Assembly (NCBI GenBank): GCA_965116905.1
Contig: OZ220732.1
Coordinates: 96,001-160,000, forward strand
Reading direction: 5' to 3'
Source of the DNA: Longimicrobiales bacterium
GTDB lineage: Bacteria > Gemmatimonadota > Gemmatimonadetes > Longimicrobiales > Gaopeijiaceae
Length of the DNA: 64,000 nucleotides
Positions 38,496 to 48,087 of this stretch are shown piece by piece. Every line of letters starts with the position of its first letter. The stretch's first letter is position 1. The translations under genes were made by a program, and so were the position numbers. The notes under the pieces are model-generated. The model saw nothing but the letters and a program-made list of their open reading frames with translations. It searched no databases and was not told the origin of the DNA.

Positions 38496-41390
38496 CTACC
38501 AACTGTAGCCCACCCGCGTGTAATAGAAGCCGCCGTTGAAGCCGAACGGCGTGAACTGGCCGAATCGGTTGCCCACGCCGGCCGCCGCCCCCGGATACTC
38601 CTCGGGGTAGGTGTTGAGCACGTTGGTGCCACCGACCGTGAGCGTCCAGCGGTCGGCGAACGTGTGGGCCGCCTCCATATCGAAGAGGATGCGGGACGGG
38701 TAGTCGATGGTATTGTCCGGGTTCGACTCGTAGTAGGGCTGCTCGCCGTCGAAGTAGCCGCCCCAATAGCTGCCGCGCACCAGGCAGCGAGACCCGCCGG
38801 CGAACACGTGATTCATCGCGAGATTGCCGCGCACGCCGGGGAGCCCTTCCTCGAGGATCCGGATCCGGTGAGAGGTCAGGGTGGTCGGGTTGAAATCCGT
38901 GACCGTGGTCCGGGTCCAGTTCCACGCGCTGCTCAGGGTTGTGTTGGAGCCGCCCGCTCCCTCGATCTCGTACGCACCAACCAGGTCGATCCCGTCGGTC
39001 CGGGTCGCGAAGTCGTTGATGAAGAAGCGGAACCGCGCCAGCACGCCACCCGGCCGGATGATGCCCTCGGCTTGCAGTTGCTCGATCTCCGCAGGACTGA
39101 GCGACCTGTCCTCGCTCGTCGTCAGACGGTCTGAAACCCGGATCTGGAAGAAGTCCATCGAAAGACTTAGGGGACCATCGTCGTACACCGCACCCAGCGC
39201 CAGGTTGACGGATTTCTCCGGTTTGAGCGGCTCGCCGCCGAATTCGACCGCCAGGGGTGATGTCGACGGGATTGTGCCGTTGTTCGTCAGGTCCATGATC
39301 GCAGGATCATAGATCGTCGAGATGTTGAAGGCGTTCTGCTGTCCCGGGGTGGGAGCGCGGAACCCGGTGCTGACGCTGGCGCGGAGACCGAAGTCCTCCG
39401 ACGCGCTCACGCGTCCCGCGATCTTACCGTTGACCGTTGTTCCGAAGTCCGAGAACCGCTCGACGCGCCCCGCCGCTCCGAACGTCCAGGCACCCTCGGA
39501 CTCACGGACCTCCAGGTCGCCGTACGCCGCGAAGTTGTTGCGATTCCAGATGCCCTCGGTAAGCGGTCCGAACCCGGTGAATCCGTTGGAGCCGGGGGTG
39601 AATCCCTGCGTCGCGAGCGAGCCCTCGGTCCACGACTCTGTGCTTCCCTGAATGATCTCGAAGCGTTCGTTGCGCCACTCGGCACCGCCGGCGAGGTTGA
39701 CCCGCTCGTTCATCGCGTAGGACAGATCGACGTTCAGGTTGACTTCCTGCTGATCGTAGATCCCTGGTTCGAACCAGGGGGTGCAGGGCTGATCCGGCAC
39801 TAGGAAAGACAACGTCCTGTCCGCGCCGGCGCACGGCTGGTCCGGTCCGAGCGAGGCATTGACCGTGTTGTACATGTAGAAATCCAGGTTGGACTTGCCC
39901 CATGACGCGCTCGCATCCCAGTTCAGGTCGCCGCTCGTGCCGTTGAGCCCCACCACCGCGGACGCGTCCAGCAGATAGGAGCCGAACTGCGGGGTGAACC
40001 CTCCCGGAAAGAGCTTCTGGAAGGTGAAGCAGTTGGGATCATTCATGACCCGGGCGTATGCACCCTTGTTGTCGGGTGTGTCGATCACCACGCCATCGTC
40101 GGTGACCCGGACCTCGGGGCACATCGCCGATCCGTCCAGCACACCGTCGTGCGCGTCAAGCATGTCGCCGATGAGGAGGATCCGCTCGTCACCGGCGTTC
40201 CGGGTTCCGAAGACGCCGCTGCGCGTGCCCGGGTTCCGGAAGTAGAAGCCGCCTTCGACCTGCTTGCTTACGAAGTTGCCGTGGCCGTAGAAATGCAGGT
40301 TGTCGCTGAACAGGTAGCCCGTGTTCGCCCACAGCTTGAGTTCGTTGGAAACCTGGGGAGAGCCCCAGATCTGCGCGGGCGCACGCACGCTCCTGTTGCC
40401 GGATGCGAGAAGCGCCAGGGCGTCGTTGCGCTGCGTGCTGCGATCCGTGGGGTTGGCGTTGCCGTACTCGCCGGTCAGGTTCAGGAAGCCGGTCTCGCCA
40501 AGCGGCAGGCCCACGTTCCCGGACAGGGCATACATCTCGCCGTCCCCGGGGAAAGCGCCCTCCTCGAACGGCTCGCTGGTTGCCCCGAGCGGATACCCGC
40601 CCGTCTTGAATTCGATCAGGCCGCCCGACCGGTCGTTCCGCAGCACGAAGTTCATGACGCCGGCGATCGCGTCGGAGCCGTACTGGGCGGACGCCCCGTC
40701 GCGCAGCACTTCGATCTGCTCCAGGGCCATACCGGGTATGAGCGCGATGTCGGGCCCCTGGGAGCCGTCGGCGAGGCCGTTGCCGTACCAGGTGATCACC
40801 GCGGCGCGGTGTCGGCGCTTCCCGTTGATGAGCACCAGGGTGTGGTCCGGGGCGAGGCCGCGCAGGTTGGCCGGCCGCACGAAGGTGGCCGCGTCGCTGA
40901 TCGGCTGGATGTTCACGTTGAACGACGGAACGACGTTGCGCACCAGGTTGGCGAAGTCGGTGTCCCCCTGCTGCACGATCTCGCGGGTCGAGATCACGTC
41001 TACGGGAACCGGCGATTCGGTGACGATTCTGGGCCGTGCACGGCTTCCGACCGCGACCAGACCCTCGAGCTCGAGCGTCGTCTCGCTGATCGCCACGTTC
41101 AGGGTGGTGGGCTGGCCATCCACCACCGTCACCTGCCGTCGCTCGGTCTGGTAGCCGATCAGCACGACCACCACTTCGTGGATTCCAGCCGGTATGCCCC
41201 CGACTTCATAGGTGCCGTCAGGACCTGTGATGGCCCCCAGAGCCAGGTCTGCCAGGCTGACCTGCGCCCCCGCGATGGCGCTACCCGTGCCCGTCGCGGT
41301 GACCCTTCCCCTAAGACTCCCTTGCGCGGCGGCCGAACCGGCCAGCGTGAGGACGAAGAATGTGCCGATGAATGCCGCTTTTCGCACCAT
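38496..41390 (-). CDS. TonB-dependent receptor (paralog 2)
   Basis: Start MVRKAAF; LRGLAPDHTLVLINGKRRH, LRDGASAQYGSDAIAGVMNF, C-terminal GFNGGFYYTRVGYSW. Confidence 0.93.
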   Translation of the reverse strand: MVRKAAFIGTFFVLTLAGSAAAQGSLRGRVTATGTGSAIAGAQVSLADLALGAITGPDGTYEVGGIPAGIHEVVVVLIGYQTERRQVTVVDGQPTTLNVAISETTLELEGLVAVGSRARPRIVTESPVPVDVISTREIVQQGDTDFANLVRNVVPSFNVNIQPISDAATFVRPANLRGLAPDHTLVLINGKRRHRAAVITWYGNGLADGSQGPDIALIPGMALEQIEVLRDGASAQYGSDAIAGVMNFVLRNDRSGGLIEFKTGGYPLGATSEPFEEGAFPGDGEMYALSGNVGLPLGETGFLNLTGEYGNANPTDRSTQRNDALALLASGNRSVRAPAQIWGSPQVSNELKLWANTGYLFSDNLHFYGHGNFVSKQVEGGFYFRNPGTRSGVFGTRNAGDERILLIGDMLDAHDGVLDGSAMCPEVRVTDDGVVIDTPDNKGAYARVMNDPNCFTFQKLFPGGFTPQFGSYLLDASAVVGLNGTSGDLNWDASASWGKSNLDFYMYNTVNASLGPDQPCAGADRTLSFLVPDQPCTPWFEPGIYDQQEVNLNVDLSYAMNERVNLAGGAEWRNERFEIIQGSTESWTEGSLATQGFTPGSNGFTGFGPLTEGIWNRNNFAAYGDLEVRESEGAWTFGAAGRVERFSDFGTTVNGKIAGRVSASEDFGLRASVSTGFRAPTPGQQNAFNISTIYDPAIMDLTNNGTIPSTSPLAVEFGGEPLKPEKSVNLALGAVYDDGPLSLSMDFFQIRVSDRLTTSEDRSLSPAEIEQLQAEGIIRPGGVLARFRFFINDFATRTDGIDLVGAYEIEGAGGSNTTLSSAWNWTRTTVTDFNPTTLTSHRIRILEEGLPGVRGNLAMNHVFAGGSRCLVRGSYWGGYFDGEQPYYESNPDNTIDYPSRILFDMEAAHTFADRWTLTVGGTNVLNTYPEEYPGAAAGVGNRFGQFTPFGFNGGFYYTRVGYSW

Positions 41391-41439
41391 CTGTAGTCTC
41401 TTTTCTGCTGCAATGGCGGTTCCGGAACAATGCCGTGCT

Positions 41440-42837
41440 TCAAGACACACCGAACCTGGCTTCCCAGTTGCGGAGGAGCGCGAAGTGGCTGCCGTCGGCA
41501 ACGGTGTAGTAGACTCTCTGCATCCCCTGCCGCCGGTTGGGCCCGAAGGACACGCGTTCGTCGATTCCCACGGGGAAGTTGCGTACGCTGAAGACCGCCG
41601 CTTCCAGCCGGGACTTGTCCGGCCGTCCGCCAAGGCGGCGGAGGATCTCCGTCATTATCTTCGCGTTGAGAAACCCCTCCAGGCTGACGAAGCCACGGGC
41701 AAGGGGTTGGTAGGATTCACCCCGGGTGAGCAGCTCCAGGTCCTCCGGCAACTGGGGATCGTGCCGAAACATCAACCGATGGTACTCGTTGACTGCCGGC
41801 AACGTAGCGTCGTCGTAGGCGGGAACGACCTGTGAATTGACCAGGAACCGGGTGTACGAATCCGGGTTCGCGCGTCTCTCGCGCACAGTCCGCTGCAGGT
41901 TTTCGCTCCCCACGAACGACAGGTTGGCGACCGGCACGTGCAACCCCAGATCGACGGCGTCCCGGGCGAACGCGGCGCATGCGGCGTAGGCGCCGATGCA
42001 GATCACGGCGTCTGGCGAATGCCCCTTCAGGATCTCCACCTGGCGTCTCATGCTCGCATTGAACGGCGTGCCGCGTTCGTAGGTGGCCTCGCCGGCGATC
42101 GTTTCTCCATGCCGGGCCAACGCTTCTCGCACTCCCGCCCAGCCGCTGCGTCCATACGCATCGATCTGGTAGAAGACCGCCACTCGCCGGCGCCCGATCC
42201 GGACGAAATTGTCGACAAGCCCGGCCGTCTCCTGGCGGTAGGAGGCCCGCAGGTTGAAGGCGAACTCGCCGTAGGGGGGTTCGCGCTGCGGCTCCGCTCC
42301 CGTGAAGGGAAAGAAGAGGTAGACCTGCTGGTCGCGGAATCGCTTCAGCAGAGGCAGGACCCGCGTGACGGTCGGGGTGCCAACGTACCCGAAGAGCAGG
42401 AAGACGTTGTCCTCCTGCATGAGCCGAATGGTGTTCGCGACGCACGCCTCGGGCTGGTATCCGTCGTCGTAGAGCTTGAGGACGATACGGCGGCCGTTCA
42501 CTCCCCCGGTATCGTTCACATGGCTGAAATAGGCCATCGCGCCGCGATACAGCTCCCTCCCCAGGCCGCGAGAGGGGCCCGAGAACGCGGCGGATACGCC
42601 GAGCAGGATTTCATCGGCCTGCGTGACGGCCTGGCAGCGGGTCCGGTGAGTCGGCAGGGAGGATGCGGCCAGCGGTTTTGCCCGGGGAATGGCGGCCAGC
42701 GCGGCGAACCCCGAGCGCAGAAGCGATCGGCGTGTCAGCAGGCTCGAGTTTGCAGGGGCTACGCTGGCGGAGGCAGCGGTGTCGGCATCCGCAACCGGTC
42801 GCGCTTCATCCATTCTCCGGTCTCGCCGTCCAACCAT
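41440..42837 (-). CDS. LivK-like (Peripla_BP_6) substrate-binding protein with Tat-like signal
   Basis: LTRRSLLRSG; GGVNGRRIVLKLYDDGYQP, GYVGTPT, FNLRASYRQE; start uncertain (42837 or 42813). Confidence 0.85.
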   Translation of the reverse strand: MVGRRDRRMDEARPVADADTAASASVAPANSSLLTRRSLLRSGFAALAAIPRAKPLAASSLPTHRTRCQAVTQADEILLGVSAAFSGPSRGLGRELYRGAMAYFSHVNDTGGVNGRRIVLKLYDDGYQPEACVANTIRLMQEDNVFLLFGYVGTPTVTRVLPLLKRFRDQQVYLFFPFTGAEPQREPPYGEFAFNLRASYRQETAGLVDNFVRIGRRRVAVFYQIDAYGRSGWAGVREALARHGETIAGEATYERGTPFNASMRRQVEILKGHSPDAVICIGAYAACAAFARDAVDLGLHVPVANLSFVGSENLQRTVRERRANPDSYTRFLVNSQVVPAYDDATLPAVNEYHRLMFRHDPQLPEDLELLTRGESYQPLARGFVSLEGFLNAKIMTEILRRLGGRPDKSRLEAAVFSVRNFPVGIDERVSFGPNRRQGMQRVYYTVADGSHFALLRNWEARFGVS

Positions 42838-42969
42838 GCGAGATGCACCCTTTTTTTCTGCTGTCAACGGGCATTTCCGTTGTATGCACAGCGTAGTTGG
42901 TGGGCTGGCGTTCCGCAACTCAAATGAGACCCACAGGTCGAGCGCAGCGAAGGGTCCCACGTTCGCCAC

Positions 42970-43006
42970 GGGAAAGCCCCGGCCTGGCACGAAGCCGGGC
43001 CGGGGC
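42970..43006 (-). terminator. Hairpin/terminator downstream of TonB receptor 3
   Basis: GCCCCGGCCTGGC-ACGAA-GCCGGGCCGGGGC, followed by TTT on the minus strand. Confidence 0.65.
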
Positions 43007-43059
43007 CACCGTTTGTCCGGCCGCCCCTGGACTCATCCGAGGGCAACCTTGGAGTCACC

Positions 43060-45951
43060 CTACCAGCGGTACCCCAGCCTCGTGTAGTAGAACCCGCCGT
43101 TGAAGCCGAACGGCGTGAACTGGCCGTAGGTGTTGCCCACGCCGGCCGCGGCCCCCGGATATTCCTGCGGGAAGGTGTTGAACACGTTCTGGGCACCGAC
43201 CGTCAGGGTCCAGCTGTCGGCAAAGGTGCGGGCAGCCTCGATATCGACCAGTCTTCGCGACGGATAGTCGATCGTGTTGTCGGAACTGCCCTCGTAGTAC
43301 GGCTGCTCTCCGTCGTAGTAGCCGCCCCAATGGCTGATCCGTGCCAGCACGCGCGTCCCGCTGGCGAAGTCGTGGTTGACCGAGATGTTGCCGCGCAGGT
43401 TCGGCAGGCCTTCCTCCAGGATGCGGATACGGCCTGCGCTCAGCGTCTCCGAATTGAAATCCGTGACCACGGTGCGATTCACGTTCCACGCGGTGCTGAA
43501 GGTGGTGGCGGAACCGTCGCCGCCAGCGGCCCGGTACGCGGCCACCCAGTCGATTCCCTCGCTCTTCGTCGAGAAGTCGTTGATGAAGAAGCGGAACCGG
43601 GCGAGCACGCCGCCGGGACGGATGATGCCCTCGGCGAGCAGCCGGTCAATGTCGGCGGGGCCGAGCTTGAAATCCTGGGTGAAGGTGAGCCGGTCGGACA
43701 TGCGGATCTGATAGGCATCGAAGGACATGCTCAGGTTGCCGCTCTCGACCACGCCGCCCACCGCCAGGTTGACCGAGGTCTCCGGCGTCAGCGGCTCGCC
43801 GCCGAACTCCGTCCCCAGATCGGAGGTCGACGGGATGGTCCCGTTGTTCGTCAGGTCCATGATGACCGGGTCGTAGATCGTGGAGATGTTGAAGGCGTTG
43901 GACTGACCGGGCGTGGGGGCGCGGAAGCCGGTGCTGGCGCTCATCCGCAGCGCGAACGCCTCGGACACGCTTATGCGGGCGGCCACCTTGCCGTTAATGG
44001 TGCTGCCGAAGTCGGAGAAGTTCTCGAAGCGGCCCGCCACGCCGAACGTCCACGCGCCCTCCGGCTCGCGGATCTCCAGGTCGCTGTAGACCGCGACGTT
44101 GCTGCGGTTCCACACGCCCTCGGTCAGCGGACCGAAGCCGGTGAACCCGTTCGATCCCGGCGTGAAGCCCTGCTCGGCCAGCGGACCCTCGGTCCAGCTC
44201 GCCCGGTCACCCGGGACGATCTCGAAGCGCTCGTTCCGGAACTCCGCGCCGCCGGCGAAGTTCACCCTCTCGTTCGCGGCGTAGGAGAGGTCGACGTTCA
44301 GGTTGGTCTCCTGCTGGTCGTAGATGCCCGGGTTGAAGTACGGGGTGCACGGCTGGTCGGGGACGTGCGGCGAGAGACGCTGGTCGGTGGCGCAGGGCTG
44401 GTCCGGCCCGAGCGACGAGTTGACCGTGTTGTACATGTAGAAGTCCATGTTCGACTTGCCCCAGGCCGCGCTGGCGTCCCAGGAGAGCTTCTCGCCCGCG
44501 CCCTTCAGGCCCACGACCGCGGAGGCGTCCAGCACGTTGGCGCCGAACTGCGGCGTGAACCCGCCGGGGAACATCTTCTGGAAGGTCCAGCAGTTGGGGT
44601 TGGCCAGCAATTCCTGCCACGCGGCCTGGTCTGTCACCACGCCCCCGGAAACCGCAACCCGGGGACAGCCCGCGGAGCCGTCGAGCACACCGTCCTGCGC
44701 GTCGAGCAGGTCGCCCACCAGCAGAAAGGCACCGTCGTCGTCGCTGGTGCCGAACACGCCGCTCCGGGTGTTCGGGTTCCGGAAGTAGAAGCCGCCCTCG
44801 ACCGTCTTGCTGACGTAGTTGCCGTGACCGTAGAACTGCATCTGGTCCCCGAAGACGTAGCCGGTGTTGGCCCACAGCTTGATCTCGTCGGACACTTCCG
44901 GCGATCCCCAGATCTGGGCCGGGTCGCGCACGCTGTTGTTGCCCTGCACGTTGATGAGGGCGACCGCGTCGTCGCGCTGCACGCTGCGGTCCGTCGGCAG
45001 CGCGTTGCCGTACTCACCGGTCAGGTTGAGGAATCCGGTCTCGCCGAGCGGGAGCCCGATGTTGCCGGACAGCGTGTACATGTCGCCGTCGCCGGGCAGC
45101 ACGCCACGGTCCACCCGGTTGCTGGTGTCGCCGAAAAGGTGCCCGCCGCTCTTGAACTCGATCGAGCCGCCGGAGCGGTCGTTCCGGAGCACGAAGTTCA
45201 TCACGCCCGCGATTGCGTCGGAGCCGTACTGGGCCGCCGCGCCGTCACGCAACACCTCGGCCTGCTCAAGCGCAAGTCCGGGAATGAGCGCGATGTCGGG
45301 GCCCTGGGAGCCGTCGGCGAGGCCGTTGCCGTACCAGGTGATGACGGCCGTGCGGTGACGCCGCTTCCCGTTGATGAGCACCAGCGTGTGATCCGGCGCG
45401 AGACCGCGCAGGTTCGCGGGCCGCGCGAAGGTGGCCGCGTCGGAAATCGGCTGAATGTTCACGTTGAACGACGGAACGACGTTGCGCAGCAGGTTGGCGA
45501 AGTCTGTGTCGCCCTGCTGGACGATGTCCGTCGTGGGGATCACGTCGACCGGAACGGGCGACTCGGTCACCGTGCGCGGCCGCGCGCGGCTGCCGACGGC
45601 AACCAGGCCTTCGAGCTCCAGCGCGGCCGTGATCATGGCCGCGTCGAGCCGGGTGGTCTGGCCGGCTGTGATCGTGACCTGGGTCCGATAGGTCTGATAG
45701 CCGATCAGGACGATCGCCACGTTGTGCGTGCCGGCCGGGATGCCGGAGACCGTGTAGCCGCCGTCAGCGCGGCTGTTCGCCCCCAGGTTCAAATCCGGGA
45801 GCGACACCTGCGCGCCAGCCAGCGCGGCGCCGGTGCCCTGCATGGTCACCGTGCCTTCGAGAGTTCCCGCCTGCGCGATCGCCGCCGTCGGCAAGAGCAG
45901 CGCGCCGAGCGCGCCGACGAGGAGCAGTTTCTTCGTCATTTTCAAATCCAT
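43060..45951 (-). CDS. TonB-dependent receptor (paralog 3)
   Basis: Same plug motifs and long identical blocks shared with 38496-41390; C-terminal FYYTRLGYRW; alternative start 45939 (MTKKLLL). Confidence 0.93.
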   Translation of the reverse strand: MDLKMTKKLLLVGALGALLLPTAAIAQAGTLEGTVTMQGTGAALAGAQVSLPDLNLGANSRADGGYTVSGIPAGTHNVAIVLIGYQTYRTQVTITAGQTTRLDAAMITAALELEGLVAVGSRARPRTVTESPVPVDVIPTTDIVQQGDTDFANLLRNVVPSFNVNIQPISDAATFARPANLRGLAPDHTLVLINGKRRHRTAVITWYGNGLADGSQGPDIALIPGLALEQAEVLRDGAAAQYGSDAIAGVMNFVLRNDRSGGSIEFKSGGHLFGDTSNRVDRGVLPGDGDMYTLSGNIGLPLGETGFLNLTGEYGNALPTDRSVQRDDAVALINVQGNNSVRDPAQIWGSPEVSDEIKLWANTGYVFGDQMQFYGHGNYVSKTVEGGFYFRNPNTRSGVFGTSDDDGAFLLVGDLLDAQDGVLDGSAGCPRVAVSGGVVTDQAAWQELLANPNCWTFQKMFPGGFTPQFGANVLDASAVVGLKGAGEKLSWDASAAWGKSNMDFYMYNTVNSSLGPDQPCATDQRLSPHVPDQPCTPYFNPGIYDQQETNLNVDLSYAANERVNFAGGAEFRNERFEIVPGDRASWTEGPLAEQGFTPGSNGFTGFGPLTEGVWNRSNVAVYSDLEIREPEGAWTFGVAGRFENFSDFGSTINGKVAARISVSEAFALRMSASTGFRAPTPGQSNAFNISTIYDPVIMDLTNNGTIPSTSDLGTEFGGEPLTPETSVNLAVGGVVESGNLSMSFDAYQIRMSDRLTFTQDFKLGPADIDRLLAEGIIRPGGVLARFRFFINDFSTKSEGIDWVAAYRAAGGDGSATTFSTAWNVNRTVVTDFNSETLSAGRIRILEEGLPNLRGNISVNHDFASGTRVLARISHWGGYYDGEQPYYEGSSDNTIDYPSRRLVDIEAARTFADSWTLTVGAQNVFNTFPQEYPGAAAGVGNTYGQFTPFGFNGGFYYTRLGYRW

Positions 45952-47084
45952 CCCTTTCCGCGGAAGGAGCGAAGCGTGTCGCAGAACCGGTCCATGTCGT
46001 CGGGCAGGCCGAACGACAGCCGGTTCCAGTCAAGCATCGGGGGGAAGTCCCGTCCCACCAGGAATCCCTCTTCAGCCATACGGTTTCGATAGGTGGCCAG
46101 ATCACCGCTGATCCGGTGCATCAGGAAGTTGGCCTGCGTGGGCATGTACTCCAGCCCCAGCTCGTCGAGCGTGGTTTCGACCATCTCCCGAGACTCGCGG
46201 TTCACCTCGCGGCTCCTGGCGATGAGCGCCTCGTCACGGAACGACGCGCCGGCCGCCGCAATGGCCAGCTGGTTCGCGTTGTTCCTGGAGGCGAAGTCCA
46301 TCAGTCGCGTGGCGGTGTCCGGGTGCGCGATCCCGTACCCGATGCGAAGCCCGGCCAACCCGTAGATCTTCGAGAAGGTCTTCACGACGACCACGTTGCG
46401 CTTCTTCTCGATCCACGGGAGCGAGCTCCACATGCGCTCGTCGTCGACGTACTCGATGTACGCCTCGTCCGAGAGGAAGAAGACGTGGTCGGGGGCCTCG
46501 GCGATCCAGGCATCGATCTCCGCGCTGGGCGTGATCGTCGCGGTCGGGTTGTTCGGGTTGCACAGGTAGACCAGCGCCGGGCGTCCCGTGCTCTCTGCCG
46601 CCTCGCGCATCCGCCCGATGTCGTGTGCGTGGTCGGCAGTGAGCGGGACCTTGACGAGCTCGTAGGCCTCGGTGCGCTGGTAGTTCGTCACCGCTTCGTA
46701 GGTGGGGTCCGCCATGACGAGCCTGGCGCGCGGCGCGGCATACGCCTGCACGACCATCTGCAGCACCTCCGCCGACCCCGTGCCGATCACGACCTGGTTT
46801 TCGGCGACCTCATGGGCAGCGGCCAGCTTCGAGAGGAGTTCGCCCTGCTGGTCCGACGGATAGCGGTTGGAGAGCACGATGGCCTCGACCAGCGCATCCT
46901 TCGCCGCGGGCGATATCCCCAGCGGGTTCTCGTTGGAGTTGAGGCGCACCGCCCCATTGCTCATCCTCCGCCCCGGGGCGCCGACAAGTCCCTCGAGGGG
47001 GCTCCCGAGTCCCCCGAACGCGCTGGCGCCGGCTACGACGCCCGAGACCGTTCCGGCCCTGATGAAGAAATCGCGTCTACGCAT
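45942..47084 (-). CDS. Tat-exported PLP-dependent class I/II aminotransferase (HisC-like)
   Basis: GGGAGG RBS; MRRRDFF Tat motif; LNSNENP, CNPNNPT, DEAY, KTFSKIYGLAGLRIGY. Confidence 0.9.
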   Translation of the reverse strand: MRRRDFFIRAGTVSGVVAGASAFGGLGSPLEGLVGAPGRRMSNGAVRLNSNENPLGISPAAKDALVEAIVLSNRYPSDQQGELLSKLAAAHEVAENQVVIGTGSAEVLQMVVQAYAAPRARLVMADPTYEAVTNYQRTEAYELVKVPLTADHAHDIGRMREAAESTGRPALVYLCNPNNPTATITPSAEIDAWIAEAPDHVFFLSDEAYIEYVDDERMWSSLPWIEKKRNVVVVKTFSKIYGLAGLRIGYGIAHPDTATRLMDFASRNNANQLAIAAAGASFRDEALIARSREVNRESREMVETTLDELGLEYMPTQANFLMHRISGDLATYRNRMAEEGFLVGRDFPPMLDWNRLSFGLPDDMDRFCDTLRSFRGKGWI

Positions 47085-47122
47085 GTGCAGCCTCCCGGAA
47101 AGAGGGTTGGAAAAGCCAAAAC

Positions 47123-47182
47123 TGTCCGAAAAAGTCGCAATTTGTCCGATTCTGTCGTATCCTGGCCGAAATTGTCGTATCC
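47123..47182. promoter_or_regulatory. Three imperfect 20-bp direct repeats (putative operator array)
   Basis: TGTCCGAAAAAGTCGCAATT / TGTCCGATTCTGTCGTATCC / TGGCCGAAATTGTCGTATCC, ending about 40 bp upstream of the aminotransferase start. Confidence 0.6.
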
Positions 47183-47342
47183 AACGCACGGGGAGACGGT
47201 GTTTCGCTAGACAGTACCAATATCGCCGGAGAAGCGGAACAGCGCCAGCGACAAGTGGCAAACGCGGTCGAAATCCCGGGTTTTCAGCGTCAATTCATGT
47301 CCGGCAGGGGGTCATGGATTCCCGTCATCTCCCACATCGTGC

Positions 47343-47990
47343 TCAGCCTCCCGCCGACCACGGGGGCACGACGCCGTTGACGCGCGCGTAGGCAATCGAC
47401 TGGCCCAGATGCTCGTGGCAATGCGCCAGGGTGAAGGTCATCGCGCCCCGCACGCTCGTCGGACCGAACAGGTCCACCGCCGCCCCCCAGTCATCGTCGG
47501 CGGTCCCCTCCAGCGCCTCGGCGATGTAGTCGAACGAAGCGGCAAGCGCCGCCACAACGGTCGGCTTGTCGGTGATCGATTCCGGATCATCGCCGTACCA
47601 CGCTTCCACACCCGCGGGCGGGTCGGTGCCCATGACCCGGGCAACGAGCCCGATGTTCGCGGCGGCCACGTGCATGTACACCTCCGAGACGGAACGCACA
47701 CCTTCGGCGGGCCGCCATCCGTAGTCGGATTCGGGCATGGCTTCGGCGAGGCCGACGTACTTCTCGCGCAGGTTCCCCAGGTCCCCCAGCAGTTCACTCT
47801 GCACGGTGGACTGAGCGGCCGTGGATTCGGCCCCGGCGGCCATCTCGTCGGCGGCCCCGGCCTCGGCGGCCTCCGCGGCCTCTCCGGCCTCGCCGTCGCC
47901 CGCGCCGCCCGGTGCGCATCCGGCCAGCGCGATCGCACAGATTACCGCGAACACGGTTGGATACTTCTCCATCAGATACCTCTTGTTCAT
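47343..47990 (-). CDS. DinB-family lipoprotein
   Basis: LAGC lipobox; LAEAMPESDYGWRPAEGVRSVSEVYMHVA, HCHEHLGQSIAYARVNGVVPPWS. Confidence 0.88.
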   Translation of the reverse strand: MNKRYLMEKYPTVFAVICAIALAGCAPGGAGDGEAGEAAEAAEAGAADEMAAGAESTAAQSTVQSELLGDLGNLREKYVGLAEAMPESDYGWRPAEGVRSVSEVYMHVAAANIGLVARVMGTDPPAGVEAWYGDDPESITDKPTVVAALAASFDYIAEALEGTADDDWGAAVDLFGPTSVRGAMTFTLAHCHEHLGQSIAYARVNGVVPPWSAGG

Positions 47991-48087
47991 GATGCCGCCT
48001 TTCCATTCGCGAGCGCGTCCCTGGCCGGTCTCCGCGTACCGACCGGTGTCCGGCGCCGACCGATGCCTCACCAGTCAATAGACAGCG

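Noticed and set aside
43330..46092. 920-aa + strand ORF (likewise 49121-51493, 51105-54335, 59963-62521, 759-2243, 26142-28109, 8901-10529)
   Set aside because: Antisense shadows of well-supported genes; long stop-free frames are expected at this GC content and they show no recognisable motifs.
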